This document shows, one piece after another, positions 39,453 to 49,597 of a stretch of 64,000 nucleotides of DNA. Each line of letters opens with the position of its first letter. Position 1 is the stretch's first letter. The DNA comes from a virus: positions 120,535-184,534 of the IMG/VR virus record IMGVR_UViG_3300042691_053485; one strand, given 5' to 3'. The position numbers were made by a program, and so were the translations under genes. Under the pieces are notes generated by a model that made no database searches, was not told the origin of the DNA, and saw nothing but the letters and a program-made list of their open reading frames with translations.

Positions 39453-39824
39453 ATGATTGAAAATTCATTGGAGCGTCTTAGGGAAAAAATGGTGCAACTA
39501 CTCACCACAGAATCTTTATACCTTAGAGATAAAAGTTATGGCACAGTTTTAGAAATTGAAAACGGGCAAGAGGTATATCGTAGAATCGAGTATGGCGCAA
39601 CAAAAGCCCATCATTATAATGCCCAATTTGATTGGAAGCAGGCAAGCAACGTTGAACGGGGAAAAGCCGCAAGAGTTCGCGTAAAAAAAATAATAAAAGA
39701 ACTCAGCAAACTTCTCGAAGAGGCAAAGAGCATCGTGAAGGAGAAGACTGCTGAGCGGAAATTGGTTACTCAAGCCAAAAGGTCTGAAAATACAATCAAT
39801 AAAATAAAACCTAGGCAAAAATAG
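39453..39824 (+). CDS. basic protein, C-terminal half resembling histone H1-like (Hc1-type) proteins
   Basis: GKAARVRVKKIIKELSKLLEEAK. Confidence 0.35.
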   Translation: MIENSLERLREKMVQLLTTESLYLRDKSYGTVLEIENGQEVYRRIEYGATKAHHYNAQFDWKQASNVERGKAARVRVKKIIKELSKLLEEAKSIVKEKTAERKLVTQAKRSENTINKIKPRQK

Positions 39825-40253
39825 TTACAGCTCCCCATCAAGCTCTTTTTTTGCCTTAATTTGGAGTAGAACTTCCTTAGCATCTAAAACGTCATAGTAC
39901 TTATCTAAGACATTGATAATAGAATGGATACTCCATGATACGCTACCTATAATTGCCCCATCTGAGATTTTACAAAAAAGTGTAAAACAAATTTCGTAAA
40001 AAGTTCCCAAATCGGAATTTTCAGACATAAAAAAAGTATTATAGGTGAATGGGAAAAGAACAAAGCTTTGGATAATACCAATCCAAAACCCTACACACAT
40101 GGGACAATTTATTAAAATCCCCCAGAAATTACTTTTAACAGATTCACCTCCATTGTCAAGGTAATTTCGGAGCGGCTCAAAAATGTCAGACTTTGTTATT
40201 ATAGTCGTGATGCCAAAGCCAACAATAAACCAAATAATTAAAAAAGAAACCAT
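39825..40253 (-). CDS. DUF1360-like membrane protein
   Basis: IFEPLR...LINCPMCVGFWIG. Confidence 0.65.
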   Translation of the reverse strand: MVSFLIIWFIVGFGITTIITKSDIFEPLRNYLDNGGESVKSNFWGILINCPMCVGFWIGIIQSFVLFPFTYNTFFMSENSDLGTFYEICFTLFCKISDGAIIGSVSWSIHSIINVLDKYYDVLDAKEVLLQIKAKKELDGEL

Positions 40254-40268
40254 TTTTTTTATTTTAAT

Positions 40269-40478
40269 ATGGAAGAAGAAGACGAAAAAGCAATAAAATT
40301 GATAAATAAGGAAGGTAATAGAAGCTTTAATTATCTACTGAAACATAAAGACCAAATAAAAACACAAGGCGGGAAATTCACCTACAAAAAAAGATTTTTC
40401 CTTGCTTATCGATGGGATAAAATGATGAAAAAACTAAAACACTGGATAAATACAATATACTTCTCAATGTTTCGATGA
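40269..40478 (+). CDS. hypothetical protein
   Basis: 69 aa, overlaps the next start. Confidence 0.45.
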   Translation: MEEEDEKAIKLINKEGNRSFNYLLKHKDQIKTQGGKFTYKKRFFLAYRWDKMMKKLKHWINTIYFSMFR

Positions 40479-40894
40479 AATTTATATTAGCAATAAAAGA
40501 AAACCCAATCATTACAATACTTACAGTCACCACTATAATAGAATATTTTACAGGTAACTACATGTTTACTTTCCTTTACATATTACTATTCGCACTTGCA
40601 GTAAAACTTTTTAGGGAAAGTGAAATAGTAAAAACACTGTTCACTGCAACGCCCAACCCAAAACTTATCAATTTAACAGAGAAGAGGGGTTCAGAAATCG
40701 TTGGCACATACTCATTTAAAATTGATAAACAACTATTGTTGGCAAAGGCTGTAAAAAGTAAAAAAGAAGTCACCATCGCGGTGTATAAAATACAAGGCGA
40801 AGGCACAAGCTTTTTGGTAGAATTTAAAACTGAGCCGTTTTTTATAACAGCTGAGTCAGTGAAGGACTATGTTCAAAAAAATTTTAAGGCATAA
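40475..40894 (+). CDS. membrane-anchored hypothetical protein
   Basis: Two N-terminal hydrophobic segments. Confidence 0.65.
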   Translation: MKFILAIKENPIITILTVTTIIEYFTGNYMFTFLYILLFALAVKLFRESEIVKTLFTATPNPKLINLTEKRGSEIVGTYSFKIDKQLLLAKAVKSKKEVTIAVYKIQGEGTSFLVEFKTEPFFITAESVKDYVQKNFKA

Positions 40895-41681
40895 CACTTC
40901 TTCGCATCATCCAAGACATCGAAACATTATGGGCTTTCGATGCCTGCTCAAGTAGCTCCTTTCTCCTTATTGTAGAAGCAGGATTACCACGAAAGAAGAA
41001 TTTTGTAACGCTAATTGAATTGTAGAAATCCAACAAATAGTTGTGTAGTCGGCTAGCATCATTACAAGTTTTACACAGAATAAGGATTGATTTATTACCA
41101 CATGTAAAAAAAAGCTTATTATGGAGAATATAAACATCATAAATATCCTTGGAAGATAACAGTGGGTGAAGAATATTTGCTAAAATACCTGTTACAGTCA
41201 TTCTAGTGCTGTACCCATAGACTTTGAAGGTTTCTTCATCATAAAGTTCAAACTTGTCAATGATAGTCCAGTCACCTGCTGCAACCTCAGTGATTTCACC
41301 AATACAAGTTGAAACAGTTCTAAATTCATCCCCATGCCGCCTTTTCCGAACAATTAAAACTTCCCAATCACTTCGAACAAATGAAGTGTCATGTGTGACA
41401 ACTTTTTTAGGAAACTCATAAGTGTTCTCAATTTTTACTTTTTCAAAAAGCTTTTTGGCATAGTATTCCTTATCATAATAATTCAAAACTTTAACAAGCT
41501 TTTGATTTTTAACAACTAGAACAGCCCATTCACCATCGGTCTTGGTAGTGTTCTTTAAATAACGATTAAAATAAAATACTTTCATGAAAAAAACAAATTT
41601 AACATTGAACGAAATGTCTTTTGTAGGTATAATTTCGATGACCGAAAGCGGTAGAGTTATAACATCTCTGTACAAGGACAA
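40884..41681 (-). CDS. hypothetical protein
   Basis: 265-aa ORF; start uncertain. Confidence 0.65.
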   Translation of the reverse strand: MSLYRDVITLPLSVIEIIPTKDISFNVKFVFFMKVFYFNRYLKNTTKTDGEWAVLVVKNQKLVKVLNYYDKEYYAKKLFEKVKIENTYEFPKKVVTHDTSFVRSDWEVLIVRKRRHGDEFRTVSTCIGEITEVAAGDWTIIDKFELYDEETFKVYGYSTRMTVTGILANILHPLLSSKDIYDVYILHNKLFFTCGNKSILILCKTCNDASRLHNYLLDFYNSISVTKFFFRGNPASTIRRKELLEQASKAHNVSMSWMMRRSVMP

Positions 41682-41961
41682 AGACCACCATTATTATATT
41701 GTGGATTTAGTTCCAGGCACAGGGTTCACACAGTATTATGCCTATCAAGTACCAAGAAGAAAAATCGAAGAGTACATAAACACACATGAGACAAAGTGTT
41801 TAAACCCGATGCACAGAACAATTTACAAGGTACACCATTTTGATTTCTCCATTTTGGGAACTGAAACGACAAAAAATGCGTTACTATTTTCGACGCATTC
41901 AGAAGAATATGAATGTGTCGATGAACAAAAAATTTTATCAGAATTTCAAACTGTTGACTAA
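41584..41961 (+). CDS. hypothetical protein
   Basis: 125-aa ORF. Confidence 0.6.
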   Translation: MKKTNLTLNEMSFVGIISMTESGRVITSLYKDKDHHYYIVDLVPGTGFTQYYAYQVPRRKIEEYINTHETKCLNPMHRTIYKVHHFDFSILGTETTKNALLFSTHSEEYECVDEQKILSEFQTVD

Positions 41962-42395
41962 TGAAAAACGCGAAACCCGCATCACCGGAACTAATCGAAT
42001 TTATTCAAAAAAGAATCTCCCATTTTAATATGGGAGAAATTAAGTGGACTGCAAACCACGATGAATTAAAAATGACGAAAGACTTTATGTGCGGCAAAGT
42101 CATCGTTACGAATCCACATGCCGCAATGCACGGTGTCGATGTTGTATTTGTCATAAATGAGGACATCTTTGACATGCTTGATGAAAACTATCAAGAAATG
42201 GTCATCGACAAACTCGTGGCGTACATCTCGCACGACCTCGAAAAAGGGAAAACCTCAAAGGTTGCAGCAGACATTGTCGAGCATGAAAGTGTCATGCTAC
42301 ATTACGGTATGGACAAATTATTGTCACTGCGTAGTGAGATAAATCGCATCTACAGTAATTTAGACCCGGATAAAGACGAAGCAACGCTTGACTAA
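41961..42395 (+). CDS. putative phage metallopeptidase-like domain protein
   Basis: VIDKLVAYI...DIVEHESVMLHYG resembles the D-x-x-E phage metallopeptidase family, but there is no intact HExxH. Confidence 0.45.
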   Translation: MKNAKPASPELIEFIQKRISHFNMGEIKWTANHDELKMTKDFMCGKVIVTNPHAAMHGVDVVFVINEDIFDMLDENYQEMVIDKLVAYISHDLEKGKTSKVAADIVEHESVMLHYGMDKLLSLRSEINRIYSNLDPDKDEATLD

Positions 42396-42569
42396 GAAGT
42401 CAAGCTTGAAAGCCTCTTTTGCAATTCCTCACGTAATTGCATTTTTGTTTTTTTAAGATTTGAAACTGAAGCACTTTCAATTAGGGAGTGCTTTAGTTTA
42501 TATACAGGCGAACTTGTATTTTTTTTACCTTTACATCCACATGCCATATTATTCTTTTAGCATAAATAT

Positions 42570-43334
42570 ATGAAAACGATAAAAATTCGCCAAGTAACTG
42601 CACTATCGCTGTTCTCAATATATTTGATTGTGAAAATTTGTTTCGCAATCAGTATTGTTTATGTTACAAGGACAAACGAGTATTACAGCACAACCCAAAA
42701 ATATCTATATCTTTTAGATGCAGGACATGGGTACGCAGGGACAGATTGTAATAATAAGTCTGTAATGGATACTGAAACCGGAGAATGCTTCTATGAATGG
42801 GAATTTAATTGGGAGGTTAGAGAAATGCTGTCAAAAAAACTTGACAGCGCAGGAATAAAATATGTTTGGGTCAATACAGACAAAAAAAGCGACTTGCCGC
42901 TTCTCCAAAGGGCAAAAAAGGTAAACAAAATCCACTCAAACTTAAAACATATTTTAATTTCTATCCACGCCAACGCAGCCCCAAAAGATGCCGACAATTT
43001 TGAAACGGCATCAGGGTTCGAAGTTTATTCTTCGGACTTCAATAGAGATGGTGGCTATCCGGATAAAAAACAATTCTCAGATACCATCGCTAAATACTTA
43101 TACGAGGAAATCGAAAAATCTTTCCCTGAACATACAATGCGAAAAAGCTCAAGGACCGGCTCATACAAAGAAGCAAGTTACACCATTCTTTCCTCAACAG
43201 ATTGCTATGCTGTATTATCGGAAAATGAGTTTTTCACTAATAGAGTCATCAGGAAACAAATGAAAACTCAAAATTTTAAAAGAAGGGTCGCAACAGCACA
43301 TTTCAATGCGATTATGCGACTTGAATCAAAATAA
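42570..43334 (+). CDS. N-acetylmuramoyl-L-alanine amidase (Amidase_3) with N-terminal TM/signal
   Basis: LLDAGHG, YEWEFN, ISIHANA and SENEFFTN. Confidence 0.9.
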   Translation: MKTIKIRQVTALSLFSIYLIVKICFAISIVYVTRTNEYYSTTQKYLYLLDAGHGYAGTDCNNKSVMDTETGECFYEWEFNWEVREMLSKKLDSAGIKYVWVNTDKKSDLPLLQRAKKVNKIHSNLKHILISIHANAAPKDADNFETASGFEVYSSDFNRDGGYPDKKQFSDTIAKYLYEEIEKSFPEHTMRKSSRTGSYKEASYTILSSTDCYAVLSENEFFTNRVIRKQMKTQNFKRRVATAHFNAIMRLESK

Positions 43335-43348
43335 CCCCCAAAGAAGCT

Positions 43349-44074
43349 ATGAAAAAAACAATAGAAGTTATTGAGAACTTCATAAGAAAATACCACATCG
43401 AAAAGTACCTGTTCACTGTATCCCTATCCCTACTTTGCATCCTGATTATACTGATTCTATTTGAGCCTAAACTGATTAAAACTCAAAATAACGAAATCTT
43501 CTTTGGAGATGATTCTGTACTGATTGCGGATACCAATGAAGCTTCATCAACACCAAAGAAGGAAGAAACTCCTAATGAAACTTCTGAAACTTCTTTGGAA
43601 CAAAAGTTCATCGATGAAATTATGGCAATTGCCAAAGAAGAAGAAAAGAAATACGGAATTCCAGCTAAAATCAAAGTCGCACAAGCAATTGTTGAATCGG
43701 GCTGGGGAAGAGATGAAATTGCAAAAGAATATAATAACTTCTTTGGAATAAAACATAAACCTGATTTTTCAGATGAAGAACTAAAGTATGTCACAGGAAA
43801 AATAGTTAAACCCACTTCAGAGTTTAAATCGGGGAGAAAAGTGAACATAAAAGCCGAATTTGCAGCATACAAAAACAGATGGGCTTCAATGCGTCACCAC
43901 TCATTGTTTTTGAGGAGTCGAATAGATGGCGAATTTAACAAATATTATTCAAGATTAAAGGATATCCCAATGTCAGATTACAAGAAGTGGGCTATCACCC
44001 TTCAAAAAGCGGGATATTCGACAAATCCTGATTATGCTAATAGTCTGATTAGAATCATTGAGAAATATTTATAA
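43349..44074 (+). CDS. glucosaminidase/FlgJ-like (GH73) peptidoglycan hydrolase with TM anchor
   Basis: AQAIVESGWG, NNFFGIK and GYSTNPDYA. Confidence 0.9.
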   Translation: MKKTIEVIENFIRKYHIEKYLFTVSLSLLCILIILILFEPKLIKTQNNEIFFGDDSVLIADTNEASSTPKKEETPNETSETSLEQKFIDEIMAIAKEEEKKYGIPAKIKVAQAIVESGWGRDEIAKEYNNFFGIKHKPDFSDEELKYVTGKIVKPTSEFKSGRKVNIKAEFAAYKNRWASMRHHSLFLRSRIDGEFNKYYSRLKDIPMSDYKKWAITLQKAGYSTNPDYANSLIRIIEKYL

Positions 44075-44076
44075 AA

Positions 44077-45114
44077 ATGAACACGACAAAGAGAAAACTA
44101 AATGTATTAAGCCTATTTGATGGTATTTCATGTGGTCAAATCGCACTACATAGAGCAGGAATTGGATTTGAAAAGTATTTTGCATCAGAAATTGACAAAC
44201 ACTCTATTAATGTAACCCAAACTAATTTCCCAAAAACTATACAGTTGGGTAGCGTTGTCAATGTAAAAGCTGAAGATTTACCCAGGATTGACCTATTAAT
44301 AGGAGGAAGTCCTTGCCAAGGGTTTAGTTTTGCAGGTAAACAATTAAACTTCAACGACCCAAGGAGTAAACTATTCTTTGAATTTGTTAGGCTTAAAAAT
44401 GAGCTACAACCCAAATATTTTCTGCTTGAAAACGTCAAGATGAAAAAAGAATATCAAGACATTATCTCTAAATATTTGGGTGTTGAGCCAATAATCATCA
44501 ATTCCAACTTAGTTTCAGCGCAAAACAGAGTTAGATTCTATTGGACTAATATTCCTGTCGTAGGACAACCACAAGATAGGCAAATTCTGTTAAAGGATAT
44601 TGTTGAAGACGGAATGTTATCCATGGGATTGGCTCAGCGGGGAAGATATGATGAAACGGGTAAAACCTTTCAGCATTACGAATTGAATGGTTCAGAAAAA
44701 AGCAACGCGATGACAACCGTAGCGAAAAACACGCTTCGCTTCATTCCAATTGATAGCCATAAATCTAATAACGGCTTGATTTGCTTAGGTGGTGTTATGA
44801 GTCCTACGCATAAGTTGTGGTTGAACAATGGTAAACTATTACAACGTAATTTTTCACAGGGGAATCGAGTTTATTCAAGCGATGGTAAATCTTCGACACT
44901 AAACGCAAATAGTGGTGGGATTGGTGGAAAAACTGGTCTTTATGAGATAGAAGGTGTAATTAGAAAATTAACAAGACTTGAATGCGAAAGATTACAAACA
45001 GTCCCCGATGGTTACACATCTTGCATAAGCACAACCCAAGCAATTAAAGCACTTGGAAATGGTTGGACTGTTGATGTGATTGCCTTCATTTTCTCCTTTA
45101 TAAATCAACAATAA
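44077..45114 (+). CDS. C5-cytosine DNA methyltransferase
   Basis: LSLFDG, GGSPCQ, LLENV, QNRVRFYW and LGNGW. Confidence 0.92.
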   Translation: MNTTKRKLNVLSLFDGISCGQIALHRAGIGFEKYFASEIDKHSINVTQTNFPKTIQLGSVVNVKAEDLPRIDLLIGGSPCQGFSFAGKQLNFNDPRSKLFFEFVRLKNELQPKYFLLENVKMKKEYQDIISKYLGVEPIIINSNLVSAQNRVRFYWTNIPVVGQPQDRQILLKDIVEDGMLSMGLAQRGRYDETGKTFQHYELNGSEKSNAMTTVAKNTLRFIPIDSHKSNNGLICLGGVMSPTHKLWLNNGKLLQRNFSQGNRVYSSDGKSSTLNANSGGIGGKTGLYEIEGVIRKLTRLECERLQTVPDGYTSCISTTQAIKALGNGWTVDVIAFIFSFINQQ

Positions 45115-45595
45115 TGCAATCTGAAAAATCATTCAAGGACTAGGGCGACAACTTCCAAACCCCGCCCCATATTTGCCAATTTATGGCATCTTTCTTACCT
45201 GAAAATGCAGGAACTATTTTAGAACCTACACCAGGGAGGGGTAATCTAGTGAAAGCCTTAGAATCCAAAGGAGTTGTAAATTCACCTGAAGATTTCTCTC
45301 AAATGAAAATTCAAAGCTTTGATTGGATTGTCATGAATCCTCCATTCACTCCAATAAGCAAGGATATGAAATCCTCTACAAGTGTATGGAGATGAGTAAT
45401 AATATTATTGCATTGATGCCATATTCAACAATTATCAATGGTGAGAAAAGAACTTCTGATATTATGAAATGGGGGCTGAAATCAATCACTCATTTGCCAA
45501 GAAGCACATCCAAAGGAAGTCGAGTTCAAACTTGCATTTTGGAGATGCAAAGAGGATTCGTTGGAGACACTAAATTTCAATTGTTGCCTAAATAA
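45114..45595 (+). pseudogene. disrupted N6-adenine DNA methyltransferase
   Basis: FQTPP, LEPTPGRG and MNPPF motifs; in-frame TAG at 45141-45143 and a 1-nt frameshift near 45355. Confidence 0.8.
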
Positions 45596-45599
45596 TTCT

Positions 45600-45854
45600 A
45601 TGGAAAAAATGGAACTAACGTTTTTATGTAACTGGGATGTAATCGATTTATTAGATTTAGTGAATAGGATAAGTGGAGGGGATAGGACTCACTCTGCAAA
45701 AGCCGAATTCAAGTTATTTTGTGAGGAAAAATGTAACAACACAGGTTATCTCTATTTTTTAGACGATGACCGCCTGCCAATTATAAATAACTATTTAATG
45801 TCTAACTTTGCGTACCAAAGAGGTGAAAAAATTATGTTTTGGCTATCTTGGTGA
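45600..45854 (+). CDS. hypothetical protein
   Basis: ORF 45561..45854; likely start ATG 45600. Confidence 0.55.
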   Translation: MEKMELTFLCNWDVIDLLDLVNRISGGDRTHSAKAEFKLFCEEKCNNTGYLYFLDDDRLPIINNYLMSNFAYQRGEKIMFWLSW

Positions 45855-45977
45855 AAAAAAGCCATTTATTTTACCTATAGTTAAAATTCAAATATTTATG
45901 TAAAAAAAAAACTCCCGCAATGAAACTTTGAAGTATCGATTGTTGTTAATTGACTATTGATAATAAAAAAAAATCAA

Positions 45978-47258
45978 ATGAAAATTAACATCAAATCTAA
46001 AAATCCGGAACTTCTCTCTATTCTACTCAAGAATAAAGATACATTCCAAGGATTAGACCTCAAGCCTCTCAGGAATGGGGTTATAATTGGCAACTGTGCT
46101 TCAGATAATGAGTATGAAGTCATCTTCCAAGACTCAAAATATTCGTTCTGTGACGAAAATCATGCGTTGGATTACCAATCTTATTGTAATCCGCAAATTA
46201 TACTGAGCATTGCATCCGAGCTCTTCCGCCATATCCTTGACAAGGAAAAATTTGAAGCAAAGGATTTACCTTGGCTAGGTAAAACTATTGGTGAGGTTGA
46301 CAAGCCTCATGAAATAGAAATAAATGTTCCAACGATATATATCGACTCAAACTGGGTTCGAAATGGAAAATTTATTTTATCCAAATACTATGACTGCATT
46401 TCAGTCGAGAAAGTTTCTTTCAATCTCTACTCGCTGACCATTAAAGGGGAGTTGACAGTCTTTTACGCCTTTAACTTGCTTTTATTGTCTGCATTATTCA
46501 TTGCAGTAACAAACGAACAGTTTTTCCGCTTTGATGAACAGTTGGCAGAAAAATACATAAAAGTTTTGGAGAACACCAAACCTTGCTACTTTGTGGTTTA
46601 TTTATTTAAAAACCGACTTCTACCCTATGAAGAACGATTCAAAAAAATGAAGCATAAACTTGATAAGGTAATACCAAACCTGCAACTCGCATTTGGAGAT
46701 ACCCATACACAACGAATGCAAGCAATCCGGGATATTTTGCTACCAAACCTCAAATCCATCTTGGACATTGGATGTGGTGAAATGCGATATGGTAAACTAC
46801 TTTTGAAACACATGAGTGAGAATCATTCTTATTTTGCTGTTGACATTGATAGAGGAAATGTTAAGTTTGTCGAAAAATTAAAAGAAAATTACAAGCATGA
46901 TATAACGTTTCTCGATTCTATTGAAGATTACCGTTCAAAGGAATTGGTTGATGTTATACTGACAGAAGTCATTGAACACATGGAAGTTGAGGAGGCAATC
47001 TCACTTGTGAAAACTGTAATCGAAAGGGTTAGCTTTGATAACTTTATTCTCACAACTCCAAATAGGGATTTTAACAAGTTCTATGAACTCGACCATGAAT
47101 TCCGACATCATGACCACAAGTTTGAATTCAACAGGTCAGAATTTGAAGCCTTCAAAATTCAAATTGAGAAAATGGGTGTTAAAACTCATGAGATTCAAAT
47201 TGGAGATTCTTATGAGGGTATCAGCCCATCATTTGCAATAGTAATAAAAAAAGCATAA
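45978..47258 (+). CDS. hen1: Hen1-like 3'-terminal RNA ribose 2'-O-methyltransferase
   Basis: N-terminal Hen1-L-like region (INIKSKNPELLSILLKN...DYQSYCNP); ILDIGCGE, TEVIEH, TTPNRDFN and FRHHDHKFEF. Confidence 0.85.
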   Translation: MKINIKSKNPELLSILLKNKDTFQGLDLKPLRNGVIIGNCASDNEYEVIFQDSKYSFCDENHALDYQSYCNPQIILSIASELFRHILDKEKFEAKDLPWLGKTIGEVDKPHEIEINVPTIYIDSNWVRNGKFILSKYYDCISVEKVSFNLYSLTIKGELTVFYAFNLLLLSALFIAVTNEQFFRFDEQLAEKYIKVLENTKPCYFVVYLFKNRLLPYEERFKKMKHKLDKVIPNLQLAFGDTHTQRMQAIRDILLPNLKSILDIGCGEMRYGKLLLKHMSENHSYFAVDIDRGNVKFVEKLKENYKHDITFLDSIEDYRSKELVDVILTEVIEHMEVEEAISLVKTVIERVSFDNFILTTPNRDFNKFYELDHEFRHHDHKFEFNRSEFEAFKIQIEKMGVKTHEIQIGDSYEGISPSFAIVIKKA

Positions 47259-47263
47259 AAAGC

Positions 47264-47827
47264 ATGGATATAAAAAAAATGACCTTGCAGGAGCTTGAGG
47301 CTCTCCAAGCACAGATTAGTTCAGCTTTAGAACTATTAAAGCGAAAAGAGTCTGAACAACTAGAGAAAAAAGGAATAGGCTCATTAAAAAAAGGTGATAA
47401 AATCTTAGGGATAAGATTATCTTTTGGAGGACATAGCATTAGTGAACCTGAAAAATTAACAGGAGAAGTTGATTTCATCGACTTTTGCGATATAAGTTCG
47501 ATAGAATTGAAAGAAGATAGTGACTATTTTAGGCTAACTATATCTCATCCAACCGAACCTATTGGTTTCAGCACATTACCGCTCAAAAATGAGTACTATG
47601 ACAAGCATTTCTGCTTGAACATTGATAGGATGAAAACTGGCTATGATGCTTTTTTTACATTAAAACCTGAAACATGGAAGCAGGATTTATTTTCTGCAAT
47701 TACACAGACAAAAAAGAATTTTGTACAGGAGGCTGTAAAGGAGAGTGAAATTTACACAGAAAAATTAACACTCTTCTTGAGCTACCAAGAAAGAATTCAA
47801 TCATTCACTGATAATAACACAAATTAA
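47264..47827 (+). CDS. hypothetical protein
   Basis: 187 aa, between hen1 and the ligase. Confidence 0.7.
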   Translation: MDIKKMTLQELEALQAQISSALELLKRKESEQLEKKGIGSLKKGDKILGIRLSFGGHSISEPEKLTGEVDFIDFCDISSIELKEDSDYFRLTISHPTEPIGFSTLPLKNEYYDKHFCLNIDRMKTGYDAFFTLKPETWKQDLFSAITQTKKNFVQEAVKESEIYTEKLTLFLSYQERIQSFTDNNTN

Positions 47828-47828
47828 A

Positions 47829-49019
47829 ATGCGACGAAATCAAAAAAACGACAAAGAACAAGCTCGTATATTCTGGGCAATAAAAGAGAAGATTATGCAC
47901 TTCTCCCCAACAATTTCTCCTGCACCGAAAAACATTGAGCGAGCGGAAATTGAATCTATATATGAGGCATTGCTCCACTTTAAGAACGAAGGCGTTCAAG
48001 AAGTTGTTGTACAACCTAAGTATATGGGGTCTTATTGTGACATTTATTTATCAAAGGATATAAATGATACGAAATTCACCTCAAGGGAGGGGCATTTAAT
48101 AGACTATTTAGATAGGAATGCTTTATTAGAGGCGGTTAAGCCAATCCATACAAGGTTCGATTTTACCGACTTGGAATTAGTAATCGTTCAAGCTGAGTTG
48201 ATGCCTTGGGCTGCAATGGGCAAAAAGTTGATTGAACGGGATTTTCTATCTTACTATAATGCCTGCTTGTCACATGCACAGGAGCTTAAAAAGTCTTCAA
48301 TAACCCATAAATTGGAAACACTTTCAAAATCAAAAGAATTTTCAGAATTTCTTTTGAAGTCTGCTGAAGGTGATATTTCCGAGTTCAAGCCGCATGAAAT
48401 ATCTGCTTATAAGGCATTGGATAAGATTGTAACAGAAAGCCTTGTTCCAAACCCAAGTTTTATGCTTGGTCAATTAGAAAAATATAAAGAGCAGCTCGAT
48501 ATTTATGGTAAGGAGGCAACAATTCACTTCAAACCGTTCAACGTATTGAAAAAAGTCTATTTGAACGGAACACAGCACCTCCAAACTTCCAATGCTTTTG
48601 GATTTTACGAAGTTTCGGATGACGCATTTTTAGTTGTTTCATTGGCAGATAAAAATTTTGAAGACAGTGTTGAATACACCAAGCAATTCTTTGATGGGCT
48701 TGTAGCAAAAAATATGGAGGGTATCATGATTAAACCTGAACAAATCGATGTCGAAAAAACCCCATGCTTGAAAGTTCGAAATACCAACTACCTCAGAATG
48801 ATTTATGGTTGGGATTTTGCATATAAATATCTATACCATCTTGACCGTCGAAATATTGGTAAGAAACTGAAAATCTCAAAAAATGAAGTAAAAATTTCAA
48901 ATGAAATTTTGAAAATTCATCCGAAGGATATAACAGAATCCAACGAAAGGTATGTAAGCCTTGTCACAAGCCGAATCAAGGAAGAAGAATTTGAGGAAGA
49001 ACTTGATACAAGACTTTGA
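47829..49019 (+). CDS. stand-alone Pnkp-type RNA ligase domain
   Basis: TISPAP, motif I QPKYMGS, EGIMIKP, LKVRNTNYLRMIYG and C-terminal LDTRL; no kinase or phosphatase domain. Confidence 0.8.
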   Translation: MRRNQKNDKEQARIFWAIKEKIMHFSPTISPAPKNIERAEIESIYEALLHFKNEGVQEVVVQPKYMGSYCDIYLSKDINDTKFTSREGHLIDYLDRNALLEAVKPIHTRFDFTDLELVIVQAELMPWAAMGKKLIERDFLSYYNACLSHAQELKKSSITHKLETLSKSKEFSEFLLKSAEGDISEFKPHEISAYKALDKIVTESLVPNPSFMLGQLEKYKEQLDIYGKEATIHFKPFNVLKKVYLNGTQHLQTSNAFGFYEVSDDAFLVVSLADKNFEDSVEYTKQFFDGLVAKNMEGIMIKPEQIDVEKTPCLKVRNTNYLRMIYGWDFAYKYLYHLDRRNIGKKLKISKNEVKISNEILKIHPKDITESNERYVSLVTSRIKEEEFEEELDTRL

Positions 49020-49025
49020 TATGCT

Positions 49026-49271
49026 ATGAAAAGGAAAACGGAAATTGTAAATAAAAAAGAGATTCAGCACTACTTTGGTGTAAATCCGGGTGGTGCTGTT
49101 TATCAAACAGATTTTAAAATTTCTACAGAAAGTGGAACTTATATATTTATAGGTGGGTTATTCAGGTATCCTTCAGAAACATTTCACAACATAAAAGAAG
49201 GCGAGCGATACGAAATAACATATTATACACTTCTTTTCAGAAAATTTATAGTACAAATGAAAAAAGTGTAA
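49026..49271 (+). CDS. hypothetical protein
   Basis: 81-aa ORF. Confidence 0.6.
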   Translation: MKRKTEIVNKKEIQHYFGVNPGGAVYQTDFKISTESGTYIFIGGLFRYPSETFHNIKEGERYEITYYTLLFRKFIVQMKKV

Positions 49272-49304
49272 TTTCTTTGGAACAATTTTAAAAACTCTTG
49301 TGTT

Positions 49305-49481
49305 ATGAATTACGAAGCAAAAACAAATAGAGGTCGGCAAGGATTTTCTTCAACTAATGCTAGACGTTATGCGAAGAAGTCGAAATCAAAAGCGGAGCGA
49401 ATAACTATAAAATCAGAGCTTAAAACATTCCTGAAAACAGGAATTGAGCCTTTAAGCTTTAAATCGCCTAAAAAAGGCTAG
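49305..49481 (+). CDS. small basic protein (58 aa), 3' end probably altered by the TnpB element insertion
   Basis: Manual translation MNYEAKTNRGRQGFSSTNARRYAKKSKSKAERITIKSELKTFLKTGIEPLSFKSPKKG. Confidence 0.6.
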   Translation: MNYEAKTNRGRQGFSSTNARRYAKKSKSKAERITIKSELKTFLKTGIEPLSFKSPKKG

Positions 49482-49597
49482 CAGCAGCTAAAGAATATTT
49501 GAACAAAGTGTAACATTTCTAACCATTGGCATATTAATTGCCATACAAGGTATAAGTTTTTTTTAGTATTGCTGCATAGCTGATAGATAAGTAGAAA

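Noticed and set aside
45141-45143. In-frame TAG as evidence of stop-codon reassignment
   Set aside because: Long genes have no internal TAG, several genes end on TAG (8522, 59498), and the same gene also has a frameshift.
49482-49597. tnpA serine recombinase or Y1 transposase upstream of tnpB
   Set aside because: Only about 115 nt are available and there is no ORF, so the element is non-autonomous.
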